Shown here in pieces: positions 1 to 12,763 of a DNA stretch of 64,000 nt. This DNA comes from Octopus sinensis (Eukaryota), in NCBI RefSeq assembly GCF_006345805.1, contig NC_043021.1, forward strand, positions 26,288,001 through 26,352,000. The letters are read 5' to 3'. The position numbers and the translations under genes are program-made. Under the pieces are notes generated by a model. The model was given only the letters and a program-made list of their open reading frames with translations, did not search any database and was not told the DNA's origin. Positions within the stretch are counted from its first letter, which is position 1. Each line of letters opens with the position of its first letter.

Positions 1-238
1 AAATGGAAATTTTATTGGTGAGTGTGTTATATAATAAGGCACAAAAAGAAAATGACTCTCCCCCGACACAACAGAATATGCTTCAACACACGAACTCACA
101 TAAAGAATCTTGCAAATCTAATCCAAAAATGAAATGTGTGTGTGTGTATATATATATATAGTAATATAATAAATAAATAAAATATATGCATATATACATA
201 CATATATGTACATACATACTATTACATGTATATATACA

Positions 239-274
<36 letters not shown>

Positions 275-365
275 TACAGGACACCACAAATAAACGTAAA
301 ACACAACGAGACGAGAACATAAAATCAAACAAGGAAACGGACTTTTTTAAACAATGAAAAAACAG

Positions 366-601
366 AGTACAGGACAAACAATACAAGGAAATATGCATAT
401 ATTTTATTTATTTATTATATTACTATATGACCGAACGCACGCGTTATTTCTCTATTTCTCTTCTCCAAGTTTTTATATATATATATATATATAAAAACTT
501 GGAGAAGAGAAATAGAGAAATAACGCGTGCGTTCGGTCATATAGTAATATAATAAATAAATAAAATATATGCATATTTCCTTGTATTGTTTGTCCTGTAC
601 T
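366..601. repeat. Perfect ~236-bp palindrome centred on a (TA)n tract
   Basis: AGTACAGGACAAACAATACAAGG...CCAAGTTTTT(AT)n AAAAACTTGG...CCTTGTATTGTTTGTCCTGTACT; the arms are reverse complements about 483/484. Confidence 0.95.
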
Positions 602-702
602 GATACACTGATAAACAGTTTCGCCATGGGCTCTTAGGAGCATAGTTCGATTTGGTTTTTGCTCCGCCTCTGTTCTGTTTTTGTTTCTCTAACGGATTTC
701 CT

Positions 703-793
703 TTTTTCTTCCTGAAGAGAAAGACACAATATGGTCCCATTATTCAATCGGATTTTGGTAATTTGTGCCTTTCGAAACACGTGTAGAATGAAA
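703..793 (+). ncRNA. Minimal type I hammerhead ribozyme motif (Penelope-like element tail)
   Basis: CUGAAGA 712-718; stem II GAAAGACACAA 719-729 / UUGUGCCUUUC 763-773; GAAA 774-777; palindromic stem III CACGUG; UA 784-785; imperfect stem I; AATAAA follows. Confidence 0.7.
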
Positions 794-997
794 TAAAACG
801 ATTTCTGTTCAATCTGCGTTCAGCTCCATTTCCTCAATTCACCAATAATGTTTTAATTTCAATTATCCGCACCAACGCACGGTTGCAACGCCAGATGGTT
901 GTACCTCCAACCGTGCTGTTTACTGCTGTGATTTTTGCTACTAAGGTATCGGTTAACTTTTGATTAATCTACAACAAGATTATTCATCTTTCTATTT

Positions 998-1039
<42 letters not shown>

Positions 1040-1114
1040 CATGTATATATACATATATATATACATATATATATATATATGTATGTATGTATATATTATA
1101 TATACATATATATG

Positions 1115-1175
<61 letters not shown>

Positions 1176-1542
1176 TATATATATATATTATATATATATA
1201 TATATGTACACACATACATACATATATATACATATATCTATATGTATTATATGATATTTACCATGTGAACTACCATGAAAAAATATGAAAGACATGGTGT
1301 ATAATTTTTTGGTGCCGGGGTTCCTTGAGACATATAATCTATTTTAAGGGTTACACGCAGGTAAAAAGATTGAGAAACACTGCCCTATACCAAATATTGT
1401 TTTATGTGGACTGTCCAACCCCTACAAGCATGGAAAAGCATTAAAACAACAATGGTGATGTCCCCTCATATTGGCCGTGGCTTTAGCTTTATATAATTTG
1501 CATGTTTTATATGAACTCAAATTGTATTGTTTTATGTGTTAA

Positions 1543-1761
1543 CCTTTTAGCATTTAAACTGGCCACATCCAGTAAAAATATTCTACCTGTTTTATATTCA
1601 GACTGGCCATATCTGGCCTCTCACACTTACCCTAAAATGTCATTGTAAAAATAAACCATCACATCATTGAAATCTCAAAGCTACAAGATAATACCTGATT
1701 AATTCAAAACAATGTGAATAAATAAGGATTATTTTTAGAGAATTATATGAATGCTAATGGG
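1543..1761. mobile_element. piggyBac-like MITE (related copies near 4460-4665, 37735-37955, 52960-53110)
   Basis: TTAA|CCTTTTAGCATT ... AATGCTAATGGG|TTAA: terminal inverted repeats with TTAA flanks; the internal sequence recurs in the window. Confidence 0.7.
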
Positions 1762-3196
1762 TTAACACGGGTGTGAGTAGTATCCTGCAAGTGTTATTAG
1801 GGAGACTAGCATCCGGTCCAGTGATTAGGGATTTATCCCAGGTTTGCTTAACACCATTAGAAAGTGGTGTTGAACAGGTATGGCCACACAGATTCAGTCA
1901 TGGTTTATGACTAAAGTGGTGGGACAACTCAGAATCACTCAACAGATACAGGATGATGGAATGACACATTAGAAGGAACTAAAAAGCATACCAGAAATAC
2001 GGTGTACCTGTGCTTGCTCAGCTGGAGACATTTTAATTACGGGTTTGTAAGTTGGAACCCTAAAATGCTGCAGGTGTCTTCAGATAAGTTATGTAATGAA
2101 TCTTTGTTGGTAGAAGGAAAATCTGACAAAATTGATTTGCTAACACATGCAAACGTTAAAATAATGACAATGCTTGTTGTTGTTGTTGTTGTGGATGCAC
2201 GTGGCTTAGTGGTTAGGGTGTTGAACTCACAGTCATAAGATTGTGGTTTCAATCCCTGGACCAGGTGATGCATTGTGTTCTTGAGCAAAAACACTTAGGG
2301 GTGGCGACCTAGCAGAATTGCTTGCACCCCAAGCAATCCTGAGTGGTATTTCACCTGTCTTTACATTGTGGGTTCAAATTCTGCTGAAGCCAACTTTGCC
2401 TTTTGTCCTTACCGTATCCAGTCCATTGTAAACTGCTTAACTAACAAAAGAATGATTCATAAGAGATGGATTAGATAGTTACAACTAATAATGTAGGTTT
2501 AATTCATCACCATTCAATGTCTGTGTTCCATGCCAGCATGGGTTGGATGCTTTGACAAGATCCCGTGTATCCAAGAATTGCATCAAGCTCCAGTATCTGT
2601 TTTGGTGTGCTTTCTACAGCTGGGTGCTTCTCCTAACGCCAACTATTTTATGGCATGGGGTGGGTTCGTATTTATGTGCCATCTGCACTATTATGGTTGT
2701 CATACAGCTTGCAGAGCTACAAACTTAGAGACAGGGGTCGGCTTCATGCTAGTGGACAAGGGGATTGAACCATGAGAATGAGGTAGGGGTGTAGGCTCTT
2801 GTAAAGGACCTGCATGGCTACTCACATCTTGTAGAAGAAGGGGAAAGGAAAATGGGCAGGAGAAGTTGCAAGAGATAGCAATGAGGTGCCTAGGTGGTCC
2901 CCCACATGGCACAAGGTGAGTTGATGAATCAGTTTACAAGGGAAGGAGAGAAGAAGCAGGCCTAAGTCAGGATGGTAAGGGATCAGTCACTATAACATTA
3001 AGGGAGAACACAACTGTGCAATAAGCAATGACCTGTACTCAGGCCAAATAGTTGTCTTTAAGAGTTTTGTTGCCATGGTAATGTTATGCAGGTTTAAACT
3101 CGAGTTTCCATAGGTCAATACACCTGAGAAACGTTTTATAATTTTGTTTTGTTGTGGTTAAAGACAGTAAAGGTTCGTTGTCTTAAATATTTACAG

Positions 3197-3306
3197 GTCG
3201 CCCACCAAAACATGGCACATCTCCAACCAACAGTCGTCCAGGTACTCCAGATAGTTCTGACAGTAATGCCAGTATCAAGAATGGTATTGTAAATGGCTCG
3301 TCTGAT
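3197..3306 (+). CDS. PHF21A: PHF21A/BHC80-like exon (AT-hook, (G)RPPKHGTSPTNSRPGTPDS...)
   Basis: ttacag acceptor and gtaagt donor; GRPPK matches the PHF21A AT-hook; ends in phase 0, compatible with the PHD exon. Upstream exons not identified. Confidence 0.8.
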
Positions 3307-3522
3307 GTAAGTATTGCAACAGTTTCTCAATCACAGTTTTCACTTATTTGAAATCATATCTCTACGCAGTGTTATGGATGAAGTACGTCACTCTATTTGA
3401 TTTAGAATTATTTTCCATTTGATTGATATCACAATGGACTTAGGACAGTTGTTTTTTGAGATAGCTTTTGTCATCTCAGTTTTAACAAAACCAAAACATG
3501 GAGTTTGCAGTTGATTGCTTCA

Positions 3523-3890
3523 TCATCATCATCATTTAACGTCCATGTTCCATGCTAGCATGGGTAGGAGAGTTTCACAAGAGGCAACCAGGCCGAAGCC
3601 TGCACCAGACTTCTGTGGCTGTTTTGGCAGGATTTTTACAGCTGGATACCCTTCCTAACACCAACCGTTCAGTAGGGTGGAGTCAGTGCTTTTTGTGTGG
3701 AACAAGCACAGGTGAAGTGAGTAGGGCTTTTTATGTGGCACAAGCACAGGTGAGGTCAGTTTTGGCAAGGTTTTCACAGCTGGATGCCCTTCTGAACACC
3801 AAACCACTTTACAGTGTGGACTGGGTGCTTTTAAGTTGCACCTGCACTGAGAGGGTCACCAAGTACTTGCAAGACGAAAACTTTTAAGAG
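3523..3890 (-). mobile_element. RTE LINE 3'-tail-derived repeat (similar pieces near 2505, 9417, 15004, 54270)
   Basis: (CAT)n-TTTAACGTCC...CATGCTAGCATGGGT...CAGCTGGATGCCCTT motifs are shared with the 3' ends of the large RTE copies. Confidence 0.65.
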
Positions 3891-5865
3891 GGGCGGAGGC
3901 GATGATGAAAAGGTTATAGTGACACCGATACAGGAGTCTTGCTGGAGAGAGAAAGGGATGAAGACAGAAAGAGGTGTGCCACCACAAAGAAAATATTTGG
4001 TTGCTCAACCTGAAGGAAGTGCGGGAGAAGGAGAGAGTGGGAGACCACAGGATGGAGATGGTGGCAACATGCCAGGCATGCTCACAAGGAACGGGGGTCA
4101 GAGTATAACTGAGATGGTTGCTAAAAGTGATTTGCTTGTGTCTGTATTTATTATGGGTTATACTACTTCACTTTATTAAGAGGTATCATACTCTGATTTA
4201 TGCCTTAACTCTTTAGCATTTACACCGGCTATATCTGGTTCAAAATATCCTACTCAGATCCAACCTCCCAGTCCCAGATCAGGGGTCTGCCTCCCTCGTA
4301 TGAGAGGCATTGATTCTTGTAAAGTCATGACAAAGTTTAATAATAGTTTGATAGTAAAATAGAATGTTACACTTAGTAAAGGCAAGTTGATTTGATGCTG
4401 AACAAAATTCTGGTCACTGAGACACTCAGTTCACAAGTGACTGAGTCTACTTGGCCTTAACCTTTTGACATTTAAACTGACCATTTCCAGCCCAAGTATT
4501 CTCTTTGATCAGGTCCAACCTCTCACACCCATCGTACAATGTCTCCTAAAAATAAACAATCACATCTTCAAAAGCTCAAAGCTACAAGATAATGCAGGAT
4601 TAATTCAAAACAATGTGAATAAATAAGCATTGCATGAAAGAGAGTAGTCTGAATACTAAAGGATTAAAACTTGTGAAAGAGAGAGAGGGAGATTTAGCTG
4701 CCACATGGAGCAGGTCATTCAGGCACATGGAAGCTCCTTTGCTTGTTTGTGAACATGGAAGTCATGTGATATAATGTTGTTGTGAATTATTTGGTTTTTA
4801 AAACCTGATTTCTTTTGTATCCCACACCGCTTCCACCTTTTTTTGTTGTTATTTGTGAGGTTACTTTTATCAAAGTTATGAACTCTATGTTTTATCATTT
4901 GCCTAAACTGGCAAATCAAGTCAGTGAACCAGTAACTTAATAATATACAACCAATCTTGATACAAACTGAAAAAAAAAAAAGACAGACAGAAACATCAAG
5001 AAAATTTGGTTTTCTACCACTGAAAATATTTACTGGAAAGACAATTATTGGTTCTAACACAAATTTAGAAAGTATACAATAGAAATGTAAATTATTAAGT
5101 TGCTAGTTTTCTCATTAAGGCAGAAACTCATAAAGATTATATATAATACAGACATTTGTACTTATTTTGATAAAAACCAAATGAAAGTGGTAGTAAAAAT
5201 CACCACACAGCATATGAAATAATAAACTCCATATTTTAGAATATTTAATGTGACCAATTTTGGTGGTTGAAAAGTAAAATTATAAACATCACATTTGACC
5301 TAACTATGCTGCAAAACCTCCCTATCTTTTCTTTATGGTGTGTGTGTGTGTGTGTGTGTGCAGCTCCAGAACTAAAAAACTTGATGCCATGTTTTTTGCA
5401 TTGTTTAATATTCTGAATTGCTGAACTAATTTTGCCTTTTGTTGCTCTGACTCAATAAAACAACTATAGGAGAGTTAATTAAATTAAGTATGGCCTGTTC
5501 TAAAAATTGGTATTTTAATCAAAGCTATTTAATTAGCATAAAGTTGGCAGAAACGGTGCAGCACTGAACTACATTCCTTACAGTATTTGGTTCCATCCAG
5601 TTACCTCCCTCTGCATTCTGTGTTCACATTCTACCATGGTCGACATGGCTTTGTATCCCTTTAGGGTACTAAAATAAGTACCAGTTGTTTGCTGGGATGA
5701 AAGTAACACTCTACACATAGTTAAAAGAAATTAATACTGTATATAAAAAAAAACAAAAAAACTTTCAAATTAAATTGATATTTCAGAATAAATCCAACAC
5801 ATTTTAATGCTTGAAACTATGACATTGTTCTCTAATTGAAATCTCATTTTATGTTTTAACAACAG

Positions 5866-6012
5866 GATATCCATGATGGTCTTTGCTTTGTATGCCAAAA
5901 AGCTGGCCGATTATTGATCTGTGATGGCTGTGGTATGGCATATCACCCTACTTGTTTAGAACCTCCTGTTGCTACTTTTCCTAATGGTCCTTGGAGGTGT
6001 TACAAATGTCAG
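5866..6012 (+). CDS. PHF21A: PHF21A-like PHD finger exon
   Basis: DIHDGLCFVCQKAGRLLICDGCGMAYHPTCLEPPVATFPNGPWRCYKCQ: C4HC3 PHD resembling PHF21A [20 protein letters not shown]...; AG/GT boundaries, 147 nt, phase 0/0. Confidence 0.95.
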
Positions 6013-6509
6013 GTATAACTTGGTTTCTGTTCTTTGTTTATATATTTATATATATACACACACATGCATATATACATATATATATATATATACATCAAAT
6101 ATTGATAATAATTTCTCTGGTTTTGTGTTCAAAGATCAAAAAAGTGCTGGATTAGTAAAAGCACACAAATTCGTGGATGAATCTCCATCAACTTTGACAA
6201 TGAGGATTCAGTTGTTTGATCGACTGAATTTTTTGCTCATTATTTTTGTCTTGATTTAAAATTATCCTCAAGTAATCATATATTTGCAGAAAATTATCTT
6301 TGGATATTATCTTCATTAAAATTTCTTATTTGTCACTTTTTAGCTTTAAACAGTTTAATTAACATTAAGCACAGAGTTTATGTCTGCACTTGATTGGTTC
6401 GGAGGTAGTTTTCTAGTTACTCCCTGCATAGAGTATGCTGCAGTTTCACTTTCGATGTAGGTGTGCCATCAAATCCCTTCATATTATGTAAAAATATGTC
6501 TAATTACAG

Positions 6510-6579
6510 AATGAAAAGAACTCAACAGGTGGGTCAGTGACGTTGGATATAGTACACAATTATATCATCAATAAAACTG
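6510..6579 (+). CDS. PHF21A: PHF21A-like exon after the PHD (NEKNSTGGSVTLDIVHNYIINKT)
   Basis: ttacag/gtgagt sites; matches PHF21A TLAIVHSYIAYK; 70 nt, phase 0/1. Confidence 0.88.
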
Positions 6580-7744
6580 GTGAGTATTGATTTCTGTCTT
6601 CTGGTATCTATTGGGGGGGGGGGTAAGAGTTTTATGGATGAACTTATTGCATACAGGGCTCAGGTGCATTGTAACATATCAGAAAAGGTTAAAAGTGGGG
6701 ATAGAATGCCAACAGATTAGTCAAGTAAAGGACTACAATGAAAGCTAGAAATACAAGTACAGTACACAAAATGAAACACAGAAAGATGGAAGAATGAATG
6801 AAAAGAGTCAGAGGCTGCTAAATGTATTAAAGACCAAGATTACGTTGTCTGGTGAACTGCTGCTTGTTGCATCAGCAGTGTCGGACTGCTCATGAAAGGG
6901 CCTGTGAATAATATCCCATTAACAACACTATTTTCTACAGCTGGATCCCCCTCCCTGTTTCCATCCGAGGTAATATCCCACCCACCCACCCACCGTCCTG
7001 CCCAGACATGTTTTCACAGAACATTGCAAATGAACAACACTGCTTGTATGACGGTGGCACACTCCCAACTATCATATAATGCCAAGACAAGGAACCACAA
7101 GCACACACACACAGAGGCTTCTTTCATTTCCCATCTACCGAATCCACTCCTATGACTTTGGTCATTTGAGGGGCTGCTATAGTAGGAGACTCTTACCTAA
7201 GGTGCCCCACAGTGGGACTGAACCTGATACCTTGTGGTTGGCGAGCAAACTTCTTAACTACACACAGCCATCAATAAAGAGAATCAGTGGCCACACAAAA
7301 CTAGACCATTCACACATGGCAGATAAGATGGCACCGTGTTCCTGTTACCTAATCAAATCCTTGTCGTATCAAGCAGGGATCCCTAACTGCCTAGCCATGG
7401 ATCTTTATTATTTCTGTTGGATCTTTATTATTTCTGTTTTATATGTAATAAATTATATATTATGCACTTTTATTGTGTTTTGTTATGCAATGATTCCTTG
7501 GTCTGTGGATAAACTGTCTGTCATGAAACCAGTCCATGGTACAAAAAAGGTTGTGGGGCTGTTGATACAGAGTATCAAAAAGCTCATCTAGGTGTAGTGT
7601 AGAGTCCGCTTGAAAGGGCTTGTCACTTCCAACAATTTACCTTGATACGTGCCCCTTAACATGTTGGGTTATAGGTTAGTTGAGCTAGCAAGATAGCCTC
7701 CCTGTGGTCACCTAACCTCCTGGGAATAGCAGCTATGTCTGATA

Positions 7745-8127
7745 CTAGCAGTATCACCCAGCGTTGCTCGGGTTTGTTTCAAACCTTTAGAATTGGAATT
7801 TTTGAAACGTAAAAATTTTGCATTATGTAGCTTGTTATTCTCTTTAAGTGAACATTTTTCTGGTTGAAATACACCGCAAAATGGCGACACAGCAGTCAAA
7901 AAATCGTAAAAAAATAGGGATTTTCATAGAAAAAAAAGCATCTCTTTGATGTAAATAATTTTTGGTGTTAACATGGTCCGATTTGAATTTTTTCTTATAC
8001 GGAATGAAGAGCAAGCCTTCTTCTATCATACTCTCAATTTTGGTCAACTTGTGCCGCAGGGTCTGAGGAGATAGTGTTAGTTGAAGGCTGCCATATACAG
8101 ACAACTTCAGCTTTATATAGAGAGAGA
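7745..8127 (-). mobile_element. Non-autonomous Helitron
   Basis: Minus strand starts a|TCTCTCTCTATATAAAG and ends with the CCCGAGCAACGCTGGG hairpin then CTAG|t; inserted at an AT site. Confidence 0.85.
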
Positions 8128-8370
8128 TTATAGTGGTACCAAGCTGTAAAAAGAATGACACATTGGAAAGAGAAAAAGTAGGCTTACTTCAGCAATGGAT
8201 TGAACCCTGTGAAGGTCTCAACTCCCCTGTATTTTTACCTTTGAAATTTGAAATATCTTTTCATGGTACATTTTTGGCACAGATTAATTTCTGTGATGTA
8301 AAAATCAGAGAGAGTTTTTTTGTTTTTTTTGTTTTTGTTTTGATATTTTTCATTTTTATATTTTTAACAG

Positions 8371-8474
8371 CCAAAGATGAAGAAAGAAAAAAACTACAAA
8401 GAAGAAATACAGAATTAAATAATGAACGAATACAGTTAGAAACAAATACGAAACAACTTTCCCAATCATTATAT
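8371..8474 (+). CDS. PHF21A: PHF21A-like coiled-coil exon (AKDEERKKLQRRNTELNNERIQLETNTKQLSQSLY)
   Basis: T-rich aacag acceptor and gtatgt donor; phase 1/0; matches PHF21A [24 protein letters not shown]. Confidence 0.9.
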
Positions 8475-8577
8475 GTATGTATTTTATGTATAACTTATCA
8501 GTATTTTTCTAACTGTCAGTCTGTTCTTTCATCCATTAATTCTGCTCCTTGATCCAAGTGTTTTTAGAGTACATTTC

Positions 8578-8994
8578 GGATCTTTTCAGTTTGACCGGCA
8601 GTTTTTTAAAATAATTTCCACGTAACTAAACACTTTTAAAATTCGTATACTGGTAGAATATGTTTATAAAACATCTTTTTCTTTTGGCTTTATTGACAAA
8701 ATTCAATAGTTTGTAAGATATTTGTTGTTTTTTTTCTTCAATTTCTACAATTTCAACCGATCAATGACGTCTATTGAGGTGAAAACATTCTGTGCCATAT
8801 GAATATGTCCCTCGTTTAAGAAACAGATTGGGTTTATTTACATTTCTGAAGAAAAAAAGATACCCTTGCCCCCACCCCTAACCCTAACCCTAAAACATAT
8901 TGAATTGCAATAGATCGATACTAGGGTCATAATTATGGGTGACAATTCCATATGACACCGCTAGAAAAAACTGCTGTTCAAACCGAAAAGATCC
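8578..8994. mobile_element. MITE with GG-initiated ~30-bp TIRs and 8-bp TSD (Merlin-like)
   Basis: TIRs GGATCTTTTC(A/G)GTTTGA...GCAGTTTTTT; TACATTTC is duplicated at 8570-8577 and 8995-9002. Confidence 0.85.
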
Positions 8995-9764
8995 TACATT
9001 TCTTCTAGATTAAAACCGACAGCAACTCTTTATTATCTCCCCTGATCGAATTAACCTCAACACAAATGAGCTGATAGGATTAACCCTGGAATGGTATTTA
9101 TTTCATCGCCTCTTTCAGGGTTTGAACTCTGAATGTAGAGGAACTACACTTCTTTCCCTCTACAGCCTTTAATTAATAATCAGATCAGGACATTGCACAG
9201 AAGTTAGAAATCCCGCTGCAACAACAGGAAAATACCAGTTAGGACTGGATTCGAAGATGTTTGCCAGTAACACAAGATATTTTATGGATATCTCACTGCC
9301 TTTTTCCAAGGGACAGCTCTGCAAAATAGGGAATCCCTGGTTATGTTACAGCGCTGCCTTTAATTCTGATTGCATGCTGGCTGTGTTCATTGAATTCAGG
9401 TCAGACAACAAAAGTCATCGTCATTTAACGTCCATTTTCCCATGCCTGCATGGGTTAGATGGAATCTGTTGAGGCAGATTTTCTAGAGATGAATGCCCTT
9501 CTTGTCCCTGGCCCTTGTCTATTTCCAAGCAAGATATCATTTCCAGTGATGATACTTACAGTCATCATGACAGGCTTCTTTCAGTTTCCTTCTGCTGACA
9601 AGGCTTTGCTTGGCCCAGGGCTGTAGTAGAAGACACTTGTCCAAAGTGTTGCATTGTGGGATTGAATTTGAGAGTTCGTTGTTAGGAATTAAGCTTAAGC
9701 CTCATAAAAGGGGTTTTTTTTTTTAACAGACAGGGGTTCGGTTTTAAGGAGTTAAGGAGAGAAG

Positions 9765-10103
9765 TATCTCTCTAGATGGAAGCATTAGCCTGGCTCTGCA
9801 AAGGTTCCAGTTGATTCCACCAATGGAACAGACTGCTTATGGAATTAATGTGCAAGTGGTTGAGTACTCCACAGACACACACACACTCTTGATGTAGTTC
9901 TAAGAGAGATTCAGCAGGACACAGAATGTGGAAAAGCTGGCCCCCTTCTGAATTACAGGTACGACTCATTTTTGCCAGCTGAGTGGAATGGAGCAGTGTG
10001 GAATGAAGTGTCTTGCTCAAGAGTACAACACACTGCTGGGTATTGAACTCACAACCTTATGATTGTGAACTGAATATCCTAAACACTAAACCCCACACCT
10101 GCA
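9765..10103 (-). mobile_element. tRNA-derived SINE
   Basis: Minus-strand head with A-box-like and GAGTTCAATACCC B-box-like motifs; a related head lies at ~2200-2296 (+). Confidence 0.65.
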
Positions 10104-10147
10104 CAGAGACATTGAGCTATCATAGGTAACACTCCCAAATGGTCTGG

Positions 10148-10945
10148 CATCATCATCATCATCGTTGTCATTTAACATCTGATTTCCATGCTGGCATGGG
10201 TTGGACGGTTTGACTGAGGTCTGGAGAACCAGTGGCCGCACCAGGCTTCAATCTGATCTGGCAAGGTTTCTACAGGTGGATGCCCTTCCTAATGCCAACC
10301 AAAAGTGTAGTGGATGCTTTTTACGTGCTACTGGCACGGGAACCAGTCAGGCAGACCTGGCATTGATCAAGTTCAGGTGATGCTTTTTATGTGCCACCGC
10401 AACAGGAGCCAATTGGTGGGTACTGGCATCGACCACATTCAGATGATGAATTTTACGTGCCACCGGAACAGGAGCTATTCAGGGGGCACTTGGTTTTACT
10501 TGACTTAACGGGTCTTCTTAAGTATATCATATCACCCAATGCATCAAGGGTACTTTTAAATGGGCCAGACATGCAACACTGGCTGTGACCTCACTTTAGT
10601 TTCTGGGTCTTCTCAATCACAGCATATGTCCAAAGGTCTCGGTCTCCTGTCATTGCCTCTGTGAGGCCCAATGTTTGATGGTCATGCTTCACCACCTCAT
10701 CCCAGGGTGTGGCACTTCCTCACATAGGTGTCCTCATCCATACGTAGCACATGACCACACCAGTGCAGTCGTCTCTCTTGCTCAAGATGCTTCTTATGTC
10801 CAACTTCTCTCTCAGGGCACTCACACTCTGTTGTGTATGCACGCTGACATTACACATCCAGCAGATCACACTAGCTTCATTTCTTTCAAGCCTACAAATG
10901 TCCTCAGCAGTCATGGCCTATGTTTCACTGCCGTTCCATGTTAAA
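10148..10945 (-). mobile_element. RTE LINE 3' fragment in a PHF21A intron
   Basis: Encodes degraded TAEDICRLERNEASVICWMCNVS...; has the (GAT)n tail; homologous to 26208-28412. Confidence 0.9.
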
Positions 10946-11031
10946 TTCATGGAGATGTCAACACACCAGCATCAGTTGTCAAGTGATGTTGAGGTACAAA
11001 TACAGACACACAAATGTACACACAAACACAC

Positions 11032-11076
<45 letters not shown>

Positions 11077-11116
11077 TAGACGCTAAATGATGAAAAAAAA
11101 TGACATATATATATAT

Positions 11117-11150
<34 letters not shown>

Positions 11151-11177
11151 TCACATATATATATATTCACATATATA

Positions 11178-11340
11178 CGACGGGCTTCTTTCAATTTCCA
11201 TCTACCAAATCAACTCACAAGGGTTTGGCTAGCCCGAGGCTATAGTAGAAGACACTTGCCCAAGGTGCCACGCAGTGGGACTGAACCCAGAACCATGTGG
11301 TTGGTAGGCAAGCTACTTACCACACAGCCACTCCTATGCC
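11178..11340 (-). mobile_element. tRNA-derived SINE, abundant family (copies near 7115, 9570, 23935, 28510, 36040, 36580, 44595, 45985, 46800, 47675, 56280, 56505)
   Basis: Minus strand GTGGCTGTGTGGTAAG...GGGTTCAGTCCCACTGCGTGGCACCTTGGGCAAGTGTCTTCTACTATAG... ending in simple repeats; recurs many times. Confidence 0.85.
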
Positions 11341-11487
11341 TTCTTACTTTCTCTTTTTAACTGGCAATTATTTCCCTTATGAAATAGAGTTTATTTCTTT
11401 TATTGTATGTATTTTATTATTTGCCTGGTGTATTACCTGATGTCTAATTGCCTTTCCTTTCTCTCTTCTTTTTCCTTACCTTTCTAG

Positions 11488-11586
11488 CAATGTATTCAAC
11501 AGAAACAAGAATTAATGAACACAAACAAAAAAGTACAGCAGTCTGCAGACAATATAAATAACTTCCTGCAAATATTCCAGTCTTGA
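11488..11586 (+). CDS. PHF21A: PHF21A-like terminal coding exon (QCIQQKQELMNTNKKVQQSADNINNFLQIFQS*)
   Basis: Long polypyrimidine tract plus ctag acceptor; phase 0; aligns by eye with PHF21A KCMEMKNTIL...KVKQLIRLIH; TGA at 11584-11586. Confidence 0.85.
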   Translation, partial: QCIQQKQELMNTNKKVQQSADNINNFLQIFQS

Positions 11587-12231
11587 CTGCTACTCCCTTG
11601 TAAATAATGAACTTCCAAACACATTGTACATACTTTCAACTCACAAAGTAGTTCTCTTTGAGAAAGAGGACTTCACTCAACAGCCTACAATCTTAGCAGC
11701 TCAACAGTCCATTCTTCTCTTGTCTTTTTGACGACAACAGATTTCCGCTGTTGTTTGGAACGGTCTTTAATCATCTAACGATGATTATCATGTTGCATGA
11801 TCAACGACCCTATTTGCGTGCTGCTGTGTTGTTCAGGGGAACAGTAACGTTGAAAGTAACCATTTTTTGTTTTGTTTTTGTTGTTTTTTGTTTTTTTTAA
11901 TTTTATTATATATATTTTTTTTAAAAAAGAAAATGAGATAGAAAGTGGGGATAATAATAATAATAATAATTCATTATTTCAGGCAGGTCTTCAGGGGCTA
12001 GAGAAGTATCCAGTAGGCTTTTATTATTATTATTATTTTTTTTAAAGGCATTCATCAACAAAATGATTTAAATACAGCTTCAATTTTTTTTTTTTTATTA
12101 ATTAAAGAGAAAATGTTGGAAAAGAAAAAGGAAGTTTCACAAAGAGTCACCTGACCGTTTTTAAAGTTTCTCTCAGCGCAAGTGAAAAAAAGATTATAAC
12201 CAGTAAAATACAATTGACAGCTGTATTTGTT

Positions 12232-12265
<34 letters not shown>

Positions 12266-12732
12266 TTGTTTACAGAATTTGGGGGTTGGGTAGCTGTTAC
12301 TGTCCTTTATCAATCTACCCTGGAAAATTTGGCTGATTTAAACATTATTTCATTATTTTATTCTACCACTTTTCCTTGTCTGCTTCTGATTGTCTCTGAA
12401 AACAGACACGTATTTCACACATTAAGCCAAAACTACTTTCTCCCCTTCATTCTCCCTCCCTCCCTCTCTCTTTCTCTGAGAGTCACCAAAAAATAAGTTT
12501 TTCAATGTTTTTACTTCATTATCTCCTTTTAAATTCTCTTGTAAAGCTTACTTATGCATGGGTGTGAATGTGGTCTTTTTTATCAATTTTTTTCATTTTT
12601 AAGCTCTTAACCCTATTTGCATCCATTCAGTCATTTCTTGTTCCTTATTTCATTGGTTACTTTTTACTCTTTAAACACATCACTGCTAGTAACTATCATT
12701 ACTAAAAATAATACTAGTAGTTGTAGTAGTAG

Positions 12733-12763
<31 letters not shown>

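Noticed and set aside
83-1288. YI/HT/CV-rich short ORFs (also throughout the window)
   Set aside because: Translations of (TA)n and (CA)n microsatellites.
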